Assembly: GCA_001643675.2 (NCBI GenBank)
Contig: LSRY02000011.1
Span: 1,736,001-1,800,000 of the forward strand
DNA from: Monocercomonoides exilis PA203
Lineage: Eukaryota; Protista; Preaxostyla
Reading direction: 5' to 3'
Length of the DNA: 64,000 nt
Position 1 is the stretch's first letter. Every line of letters begins with the position of its first letter. Below, piece by piece: positions 10,609 to 20,953 of this stretch. The translations under genes and the position numbers were made by a program. The notes under the pieces are model-generated. The model had not been told where the DNA came from, made no database searches, and was given only the letters and a program-made list of their open reading frames with translations.

Positions 10609-13578
10609 CTGTAATGATGATTGAGTCTGGTTTGAGTGTTTGAGCAGAGCAGGGGCAGTTGCAATAGTCAGCGTTGATGTCTGCGAAGGAGACTGAAGGC
10701 GTCTGGGTGGCATTTCAGCGAATGTGACAGTCGAAGTGGGAGATGCTCTTGTGACTGACTGTTGCGACTGTTGAGACTGAAGAGAGCGTTGTGACTGGAA
10801 TGATTGGAGTGAGTGGAGAGAGTCTCCTGAGGCGCGTGTGGCGACAGAGAGTCTGTCAGCAGGGGCTGTGTGGAGAGAAGAGAGGGAGCTGTTGGGCGAG
10901 CGGAGGAGATGGCGAGTGGGCTGCTCAGAAACAGGAGAGGAGGGGCAGGAGCGAGAGGCAGAGGCTGAGGCAGAGGCAGAGGAGGAGGCATTGGAAAACG
11001 AAGAGGAGGAGGAAGAGGAGGAAGAAGAAGAGGAAGAGGAAGAGGATGAAGATGATGAAGAGGAGGAAGGGGAAGGAGAAGGAGAAGGAGAGTATGAAGG
11101 AGATGAGGAAGAGACAGAGCCAGCAGAAGATGAAGTGTCAGAAGAGAGGGTGGTGAGGGAGGAGTAGGAGGTGAGGGTGTCTGAGCGGATAGATGCACAC
11201 GAAAGAGACGAAGACGAGCTGCTTGTGGGATGTGTGTGCATTTGATGGCTAGTTTGAATGAAGGAGCCTCTTTGTGTGCCTGGCAGAGGGAGAAGAGACT
11301 GTGACTGATTGAGGAAGGAAGGAGAAGGAGAAGAAGAGGAAGATGATGAAGAGGAAGAAGAAGAAGGGTGTTTTGAGAAGAGAGGGCCTTCATTGCGAGA
11401 AAAGAATGGCTGCAAAGAATTGTTCTGTTTGCTTTGCTGGTTGAGCTGTCTGAACTTGGCAGTTGGAAGAGGAAGAAGCGCATCAGAGTTTTGTTGATAT
11501 GCAGAAGGGTGGGGAAGAAGAGAGGCAGAGGAAGAAGAAGAAGAAGAGGAAGAAAGAGGAAAGGAAACAGAAGCAGAGGCAGAGGCAGAAGGAAGCTGGT
11601 GTCTGAACACATTTGAAGATGGCTGAGGGAAGAAGTCGCTGGAGAGTGTTGGTGAAAGAGGGGCGATGTCATTGTGAATGTTGTTTGGGACAGCCAGTGG
11701 CTGAAGAGACGCTCCACGAGAAGAATAAGAAGGGTTGCTGCGACTCAGAAAAGAGGAAGAGGCAGAAGAGGAAGAGGAAGAAGAAGATGATGATGAGGAG
11801 GAGGAGGAGGAAGAGGGACGAGGTTGATGATGTGGAGGAGGAGGAGGGGGAGGAGGGGGTGGTGGTTGTGTGGCTGTGCGGGGTGATGGAGAGACATTAA
11901 GAGGAGAAGCTGAAGAAGGAAGAGGAGAGCGGGAGGGCATGGCAGATGGAGAAGGAGAAGGAGAAGAGGATGAGGAAGAGGGAGAGGAAGAGGAAGAAAG
12001 AAGAGGGGTGGCAGAATAAGAGCCTGAAGAGGCATAAGATGCAGGCGTCTGATGATACATCAAAGGATACTGCTGAGCAAATGGTGTCTCCTGCGCCTCG
12101 TTCTGATAGAAGCTGTTCTGGTTCTGTCCTCCGAAGTAGGAGTGTGTGTATGGGTGAGGAAAGGGCTGCTGTCTGCCAAAGGACGACCAGGCGGTGCGGT
12201 TGGCCGTGCTGTAGAAGGAAGCAGGCGGAGGATTCTCCATCGGCTGGGCAGCCTGCTTCAGTGTGGCCACAACAGCAACGCCGCAGAGGATGTGCTTGGT
12301 GGAGAAGTGGGAGGCAAACAGGGCAGCATTCTGTGGGGGAAAGTGGGAGGAGGGGATGGGATGAAGAGGGGAAAGGGAAGAAGATATTGAAAGATAAAGG
12401 GGGAAGAAAAGAAAGGAGAATGAGCATCAAATAAGAGATTCAAGCAATTGAAATAAAAACAGAGTACATAAGAGAAATAGACATGCCTTTTCGCCTTTTC
12501 TGTCTCTTGTGAATTCCACACGCCCTTTAAACACCTTCTCTCCGCTCATCACTGGAATCAGCAGGACCGTCGGTGCCTCGTCTGCCTCCTTCAGAATGCC
12601 AACGCGGATGAACTCAGCGATGCCGTACTCGGTGAAGGGGAGTCTTTTGACATACTCCTGCTTTTCCGGCAGAAGGTCTGAGTAATCGACTTTTGGCGCT
12701 TTGGAGGTGGGACGGCTTTCAGAGGGGAAGTCTGGCGGAAGGGCACATGGCTGCGAAGAGAGGCTGGCAGAGACGTGGACGCTGTTTGTAGGGAAGTCTC
12801 TTTCGTCCCAGTCAAGCAGCACAGTCATCGCAAGTGTGCTTGTATCTGTCATCTTCACTCGAAATAGCACTTCCTTAAAATATGATGGGAATGAGTGCTT
12901 CGTAACAGTCTGTGCTTCTTGCTGCGACGAAAATCTTAAAAATGCTCGTCGTTCTTCTGGTCTAATTTCAAGCCGTGTGACTGTAAAGCCAGCACTAAAA
13001 CAATAGAATATTTGTTCATTGAGATATAAAACTTCTCAAAAGAAAAAGAAAACCCTTTCAAATATTCACGAATATGAGCTTCTGTTATATGTGAATCAAG
13101 ATTGTGTATAACAGCATATTTGTTTTGAATAGGCTTGTTTATGTATATTCTGTGCCCTCGATAATCCTTTTGACAAAATAATTTAAAGATAAATGCTTTG
13201 AAAAGGAGCCATACGATAATTCTCTTTTTGCAAGCATCGATTGTATCTTCATGAGATTTTAAAGTAATAAATCCTGTTTGAAAAATGTCGGTTTTATGCT
13301 TTTTGTTAACAAGATAAATTTTATTGATTGTCCAATGCTCCTGTGAAAATGCTAAGTTTAGATCAATTTCTTCAGATGGGTTTGTTTGATATGTGAAGAA
13401 AATTTTATCTAAAAGTTTTAATATATCAATTTTAAGGTAATTTTTGATAAAAATTATATATTAACAGAACATACTGGGGTCATCAGCTACAAAAATGCGC
13501 AACGCAGAACAAAAAGGATAAATATTTTTTCAGTGATAAAAATAAATATTAAGAAGATTATCTTTGCAAACTTGCCAT
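5113..13578 (-). CDS. RNA-binding protein: about three divergent N-terminal RRMs followed by a ~2,400-aa Ser/Pro-rich low-complexity region (~2,683 aa)
   Basis: Model complement(join(5113..12330,12487..12994,13054..13166,13215..13408,13475..13486,13572..13578)), 8,052 nt, divisible by 3. RNP-like segments QTGFITLK, AVIHNL..RAFLRFSSQQEA and KGRVEF..LCGVAVVA. The 2385-aa track ORF is most of the last exon. The two 5' microexons are the least certain part. Confidence 0.7.
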
Positions 13579-14191
13579 TCAAAAAATTGCACTCAAATTG
13601 CAAAAAAAGATAAACAAAATTTCCCGTAAGCTTTAGTTTAATATTAATGTACGTCAAAAATAGCAATTATTTAATTGAAAATTAACTTCTTCTGATATCC
13701 ACAATTCAACTAGCCAAAGTTTCGATCTCGTGTGATCAGTGATTTTTCTAAAAAAATAAAGGTTGAAATTTTTTCGTTGAAAGGATTAATCCTTCATGAA
13801 TAACAGAATAGATTGTTTTGTTTCGATTCTTGTTTATGAATTTCTTTATTGAACTGTGAAAAAAACATGTTAATAAGTTCTTTCACATTTATGAATCAAC
13901 TACACTTTCAAAACGTTTTTCCTCCCCTTTCTTGAACATATGCCCTAAATTTTTGATCGGAAACAATGTGTTTTTATGTAATGATTAACGTGTGTGTGCA
14001 GCTCTTTGATTTTTGCACTTATCTTTTGTGCCTTTTAGAAAATTGGGAAAAAAATATTAATTTTTCGTCTTCTTTTAAATTTTAAGTGTTCATCCGCACA
14101 AAATTGAAAATGAAAAAAAAAAAATTTTTTTTTTCTATGATAAAACACTTTCAAAAGAAAAATAAAAATTGATAGAAAAAAATTTTATGTA

Positions 14192-16228
14192 GGGTGGTTT
14201 TTTTATCCGGACATTTTTTTTTATCCGGACAAAAATTTTAATTATGAATTATTTCTTCCCACTTTTTGGATATTTTATCATATTTTTAATATATAAGGAA
14301 AAGTCAACAGTTTGAAATTAAGATTAAATTACTATACCTAATCTCTGATGGGGGGGGGAGATGGGGGGGTTAGCTCCTCCATCTTTGATTTGTGCCTCCC
14401 CTGATGAGATTAGGTAATAGCAAGGGGTATTACTAAGTTAGAATTTAATCGAAAAAAATTTTTTGGTTTTTTTTTCATTTCAAAAAAATTTTTTTTCTAA
14501 AAATAAAAAAAGATCATAACCATTACTTTATTTGTATGAGCGCAGTGAAACAAAGAAAAGAAATTGGACTAACGAAATTAAGAGATTTGATGAAATCTTT
14601 CGAGTATCGTCAAATTGAAAATCGATTAGTACGTATTGCCACAATAATTGCTGACGGAAAATGCCGTGTTACCGACGCTGCTAATCTGAATGAATTCTCT
14701 CGTTCATCGATAAACAGAGCTGTAACTGCCGTTGAAAAGGGAAGAACCGTGGGAAAAGTTGATCGGCCAGAGCTGTTCACGAAAGAAGACAAAGAAGTGA
14801 TAACCGGAGTAATCAGAATAGTAATCATCACAGGAGTGAGTTATTCTGTTACTCAAACGAATCCACTGGTTTGCAATTAATTTTTTGCAATTTGTAACTT
14901 ATTTTTAAAAACTATTAAAGATGGTGTTATATCCGTCTGAAAGAAAAATTCGAAGTGGCAACGAAAAAGATCAGGAAGTCAAAATTTCAAAATCAACTCT
15001 ATATTTATTTGCTAACGAAATTCATATCTTTTAACATCGATTCCTAATAACGTTGACATTGAACGAATATCTGTATAAACATACAATCTCTTCAACTTTT
15101 CTTCTCTCTTCTTCAATCAATTCATGACTTTCACAAATGCTCTCATCCACTCATCTTCAATACCTCCAAATCCTCTCTTCGACTCTCCGACTTCACAAAA
15201 CAACTAGCTGTTCATCTTTCAGACGTTCCAGTTGGGTTTTCCAAAACACCAATCAACATGCCGAACTCAACTCTTGTGGTTGCAGTTGCCGCTGATGGTT
15301 ATTTTTTGCCAAGCCTTTTTCTTTGTCCATCAAAAAAACTGTTACCAGAAATGAAGGTCTTGCTCAGCCTGCAGCTTCACGCCTGGGCAGACAATGATGG
15401 ATGGATGACAGATGCATTGTTTGCTCGCTACGCTGAAGAGATACTACTGCCTGGAATAGTTGAAAGAAGAAAATTGTTAGACATGAATGAAGATAGATGC
15501 TTGCTTCTCTTGGATTCTCATCCTTCAAGAGCACAGCCAGATCTGTGGCAAAAATTTGCAGATGAATCAATAGACGTTGTTACATTTATTCCACACAGTG
15601 CTCATCTCACACAGCCACTTGACTGCGGAGTTTTTGCTGTGTTTAAAAGATGTTTCAATTCAAACTTTGTTGTTCCATCATCTTCTTCGATCGCACTCAG
15701 ACGAAAAGCAGTTGCAAATGCCTTGCCACAGGCTTTGCAAACTGCATTGCTACCTTCAACAATTCACTCTGCATTTGAAAAGAGCGGCGTGTTGTCAGGG
15801 CAGTCCAATTCTGTATTGATGAAGTTACCTGACACTCCTTCTGTTCAGCTGAAAAAAAAATCCCATCGTTTCAATTTCCATGGAAAAAATTTATCCGACC
15901 AAGCATTTTTAGATGAATGGAAAGCATACAAAAAGATGAAAGAGGAAAAGAATATTGATGATTCTGCAGAAGAAAAAATTGAAAAAGATTTGTTTTCTGA
16001 AGAGAAGCCGAAAAAAAGAAAACTTTCGAAATCCCAAATTTTAAAAGATGATGATTTAGAAGATGATAATGAACGAAGAAATACCAGAAAAATTATTAAA
16101 AGAGAATTGATGGATTATATTTACTATTGATTGTTGCATTTTTTCGAAAATTTCAACAAGCGATTTATAAAAAAATATTTATTTTTTTATCAAAAAATAA
16201 AAATTATGTCCGGATAAAAAAATCACCC
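14192..16228 (+). mobile_element. pogo/Fot1-like (Tc1/mariner superfamily) DNA transposon, apparently defective
   Basis: 23-bp TIRs GGGTG(G/A)TTTTTTTATCCGGACAT (14192-14214 and 16206-16228, 1 mismatch), flanked by TA at 14190-14191 and 16229-16230. Internal HTH-like ORF and DDE_1-like ORF. Confidence 0.92.
14536..16130 (+). pseudogene. Disrupted DDE_1 (CENP-B/pogo-type) transposase
   Basis: HTH-like segment (VTDAANLNEFSRSSINRAV..RPELFT) at 14536-14868, probable intron 14869-14920, then stops/frameshifts at ~15030-15120. The C-terminal ORF has LLLDSHPSR and HLTQPLDCGVF with 35 residues between the two Asp. The first-Asp motif reads IFNTSKSSL instead of IFNxDE(T/S)xL. Confidence 0.82.
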
Positions 16229-16324
16229 TAAACTTTTATTTTCAAAAAGAATAAATCAACACAATAAAACTTCGAGACGTCTTTAAAAAAGAAAATATTA
16301 AAAAAGTTTCATTCTTTGTATGTT

Positions 16325-19300
16325 TTAGAGATTTTGTTTTTTGTTGTTAAACAAATGCTTCAAAATGCTTTCTAAAAATTTGAAATGTTTTCTTTCCTCT
16401 TTTTTTGTGTTGTTGTTCTGTTGTTGTAATGATGTCTCATTTGCATCTGGATCTTTGCTTTTTGCTTCTTTCATCCTCATTTTTATTTCTTCTGAGGAAA
16501 TATTTTTTGGATTATTCAATACACTCTCAAATGGGATGCCCAATTGAATGTCATTGAGTGTATTCTCCATGTGAAGCATTATTTCACTTGGTTTTCGATT
16601 AGGCACGCCAACATTCTTATGAGACTCGAATGGATCTTGTATGACAAATGGCACTTCATATCTCAATGGATCTTGAATGGGAGGTGTTTCAGATGAATTG
16701 TGCACATCAGAAACAAGCGATTCTGTTTCCTCGTGCAAATCACTTGGCATCTGACTCAATTTATTCCTGTCAAAAACAAATGATTGATATTCGCTGATGT
16801 GATGCACGCATCCTGCACGAGGATCAACCACATGCTTCGACGGCTGGAAAACATGCGAATAAAAAAAGAAAAACTCATAAAAAAGCTCAGAAAGAGATTC
16901 AGTGTTGATGTATGATCGATAAGATTCAATTTGCTCTGTAGTAAAAGATGGATATGATGCTTTTTCCAAGAATGAAGAACTTGTCTTTTTTGATAAAATT
17001 TTGGAAGAATGCCTCACAGATGAAGATCTTGTTGAAGCAGAAGCAGAAGAAGAAGAAGAAGAAGAAGAAGGATAAAGAGATGAGGATGTGTTTGTGTTTG
17101 AATGAACTTTGGAAGCCATGTTTGTTGATTGTGAAAGGAGCGATGGTGCATGCGGTTGCAATCTGACCGGAAGAACGAGAGGAAGAGAAGGAGAAGGTGA
17201 AATTTGAGGCAGAGAAGAAGAGAGAGGAAGTGAAGCAATTGTATTTGAATGAGAAGGCAAAAAGACAGCTTTCTTAGCATGTTGACAAATAACACTGTTC
17301 TGTTGCTCTTTCGCTTTTACATTGCCTTTCTTCTTTGTTGTTATCCGATCAGCATTGATATGTCTCTCTTTCCAATCAAATTTCTTCACTTTTCTTTTTT
17401 CCCTTTCCTTTTTTGTTTCATTTGCTTCAGTTGAAGATGTTGAAGATGCTGAAGATGGATATTCTCTTGATGAAGAGGAGGGTAACAATGATGATGAAAG
17501 TGAGGAAGAGGGTGTTGCTTCCAATAAATGTGTCGAATCAGACGAAGATGCTGTTGATGGAAAAGAAGATGTCTTTGGAAGGATTTCTGTGGATGATGAA
17601 TTTGACATTGCTGGTTGCTTGTTGCGTGAAGGAATGTAAACAAATCTCGAGTCGTATGATTTATGAGCATTGGAAGCAGAGTTGACGTTTTGCTTTCTCT
17701 TTTTTTCAGAAGACGACGAAGATGGAATTGCTTTCTTTGATCGCTTTTTTGAAGTTGTCTGTGAAGATTCTGAAGAAGACAATGCAGTTGATATTTCTAT
17801 TGCTGCTTTGATTGTTTTTCTTGCTTTTCCTGTTTTTGATGCTTTTGATGCTTTAACTTCTTTTTCTGTGGATGATGAATTTTCACTGTTTGATAAGAGC
17901 AGTGGCATTGGCATTGGCATTGGCATTGGCATTGGCTGGTGCGTCAATGAAAGTTCAGTTTTCGATGGCTCTTTATGATCTGTTTGAAAAGCTGGTTTTG
18001 GAGAGCTCACCTCAGCTGTCAAAGTATTCTGATGGAGAATATTCTTTGGAAAAGATGGAGGAGATGACGATGATGCTGTTGGTGTTGGTGATGCAGAAGC
18101 TGAAGCTGATGCAGAAGAGATAGAGGAAGAAGTACCAGAAGCTGAAGCTGAAGCAGAAGCAGATGTTAACCTTCCATCAACAAAATATTGAGGAAATGAT
18201 TTCGATTCAGAAAAAGAAGACTTCTCTTCAGAAGAAGATGTTTGTTTTTGAAGAGCTGAAACTGAAGATAAAGATGTTGGATTGCAAATGCATTTGTTAT
18301 CTTCAAGATCATTGGTGTGTTCTGTCTGTTGCATTGAACTTTTAGATGATGATGATGATGATGAGGAGGAGGAGGAGGAGGAGGAGGAGGAGGAGGAGGA
18401 GGAGGAGGATGTTGTTGTTGTTGAAGAAGAAGAAGATGATGATGATGATGATAGTGGTGGTGGTGGTGGTGGTGGTGATTTGTGTTCTGAAACTGTAGTT
18501 GTGGTTGAAAGTGGCTCTATTTGCTGAGGTGATTGTGGCTTTTGGCAAACATCTGGTTGTGGAAGTGGTTCTGAAGAAAGAGGCTGTGGCTGGACGGATT
18601 GCGAAGGGCTCACAGGAAGCAAATCTGAGCGAGAATGCCAACTGAATGGTGAAAAGAAAGACGAAGCCTGCTCCCGAAATGAATCAAGCGCTTTTCTGAA
18701 GAACGACAAATATCCATTTGAATTATCCTTATTACCCTTTTGATCTGAGGGAGTGGCAGAACAGTTGAGCGTTTTGTTCGACTGGGATTCGGATTTAGGT
18801 CCAAATTTCTTGTTTTTCTTTGTTTTCTTGCTTTTTTTGATCATTGCAAACAAACAGTTCGGCTGAGACATATTCTCTTTTGTCAAATCAAAATTTTCTT
18901 TTGATTTTCTGTTTCGCTCGCGGATGGCATCCAAAATTCTCTTTCTTCGCTCCAAATTGTGCCATGCACCAACATCGATGCTGAAGCGCATTAGTTCACC
19001 TTCAATTTCTTCGTCAACCACGCTATCGCAACATGTTCGCCTTTCTTCTCCAACACTTTCACCCTTCTCTCTTTCTTCAGAAGATTTATCATCGTCTTTT
19101 TCTGGTTCTCTCCAACCAGACTCATAAAGGTATGCTTTGTCTTGCAGTGACGCAATCACAGGCGGCTGGCGCTCCATCAGGAAAGTCAGCACAAGAAGCG
19201 TCCATCCATAGCTGGAGAGAGAACCTGCAGAGGCATCGCAGATGTTTCGAGCTTTTGCCCATTCCTTCACAAGAACAGACAATTGCTGCACACGAACATC

Positions 19301-20390
19301 CATCATGCAATAAAGCCGTATCATCGAAGAGTTTAGAATGCCTTTTATGTGTCCAATGCACATGTCACAATTCAATAACGGCCGACCTTCGATTGAAATT
19401 TCCAATTTATTTTTATTGTTTTGAGGCATGTGGTAACGTGTAATGAAAGATGGTAAGTCTTCGATGTGTATATTCTCAGCAGGAGTGAAATTCAATGTTG
19501 CCAGTACCCTGAGCTGATATTTTTTCAAAGGCACAATTCTTTGTGCTGCGGCGTCAAACAGAACTCCAAATTTCACAAGTGGAACTCGAGCCCTTTTAAT
19601 TACATTACTAACAAAAAAATCCGTTTTTCTAATGCATTTTTCTAATGATTTAATGGAATAAACTTTTGTTGTTGAACATTGATTTGACGATTGATGAACT
19701 GAATAATTTTCAGCAATCTTATCTGAATTATCGTTCATTTTATTAAGTGGAGTAACTGCATCAAAGCGGCATGCTGTTCTACAATTTATTAACGAAATGG
19801 ACTGATATGGATCAGATGAAAACAGTTTACGAGTTACTGTTGAAAGTTTTTCGTAATCATCTTTTGCGATTGCTGTCAGATCAACATCGCTATTCATGGA
19901 AGTGATAGAATTTCGCGTCGAGCCATAGAGCTGGCAAGAATGAAAATATCCACGTGAAGATTCTCTCAGAGAGCAACTTATCTTTCTTCTTATAATTTCA
20001 GCAATTTTTATTCTTTCCGGACTAAATAACTTTTGAAAATGCAACTGAATATCATTCTCAAATGTATTATTTAAAAATTCTTGTGTGTCCCTTATTGTTT
20101 TAGTTGAATTTCTTGTGCTTTGAAATTTTTCTTTTGATTGTTCTCTGCGCAACAAATTTGTTTCCTTTTCTTCATCCTTTTCCAATTCTTCGCAACTTGT
20201 TTTGATTTCCAACATAACTTTTTCATAATTTTTTTCATCATGTGCATTTGTTTCTGACAAAGTTGTTGAAGGAACAATTGAAATGGATCTTTGTTTTGTC
20301 AAAATAAATGATAATAAGCTCTTTTGTTTTTTAAATATTAATTACAAACCTTATGAAATCATGTTTTTTGAAGTTTCCCAAGTTTTCCAT
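16325..20390 (-). CDS. Cid1/TUTase-family non-canonical ribonucleotidyltransferase
   Basis: YGS..SDVDLT, ARVPLVKF, CDMC..NS.MIRLY, VKEWAKARNICDASAGSLSSYGW, LSELFYEFFFFYS and IQDPFESHKNVG motifs. Probable first exon 20350-20390 (ATG..AG|GTTTGT). Confidence 0.9.
17903..17934. repeat. (GGCATT)n hexamer microsatellite encoding PMPMPM in the nucleotidyltransferase insert
   Basis: About five tandem GGCATT units directly visible. Confidence 0.85.
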
Positions 20391-20618
20391 GGAAAATTAA
20401 TTTCCAAAGGTCAGAATAATAATAATTCATATTCGAGACATTATATTTTTTAATTTGGGTCATGTGAGTTGGATGATGAATTTGAAATTGTTATGTTAAT
20501 GTTAAACTTTCAAACAAAAATTCACAAAAGTGTATATTGTTCATCTGTGAAATAGAAGATCACATTCATGTTTTTCAAAATATTTTACAGATATCGCATA
20601 AAATACCGGACATCGCAC

Positions 20619-20953
20619 AAAATACCGGACAAGGTCGATTTCACAATAACCGCGAGAGGAATAATTTTGTCAATTATCCTCAAAACACATCTCATTAATT
20701 TAAACTCATTTGATATACAAAATTTTCAAATCAGCTTCATTTGTGCTCGGAAAAAAATGATGATTGAAATCTCGGAGAAATAGGATTTTGAGTTTCCCCA
20801 AAATTTAGATATTAAATTTTTCTGAGCACAAATGAAGCTGCTTTGAAAATTATGTTCATCAAATGAGTTTGTATTTATGAGATATATAATTTGGAAAATT
20901 GACAAAATTATTCCTCAAGCAGTTATTAAGAAATTAATCTAGTCCGGTATTTT
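20619..20953. repeat. Long imperfect palindrome (~160-bp arms, 12-bp loop); MITE/foldback-like
   Basis: Arms 20619-20780 and 20793-20953 share exact inverted blocks AAAATACCGGAC, GAGGAATAATTTTGTCAATT, AAACTCATTTGAT and CAGCTTCATTTGTGCTC. A 19-bp tandem duplication lies at the left end (20593-20630). Confidence 0.88.

Noticed and set aside
5160-12434. Many short Glu/Arg/Lys-rich or Leu/Pro-rich ORFs overlapping the long minus-strand ORF
   Set aside because: Shadow frames of poly-Ser trinucleotide repeats with no independent motifs.
14192-20953. Composite transposon carrying the nucleotidyltransferase between the DNA transposon and the palindrome
   Set aside because: The ends share only a CCGGAC core, there is no shared TSD, and the transposon already has its own paired TIRs and TA duplication.
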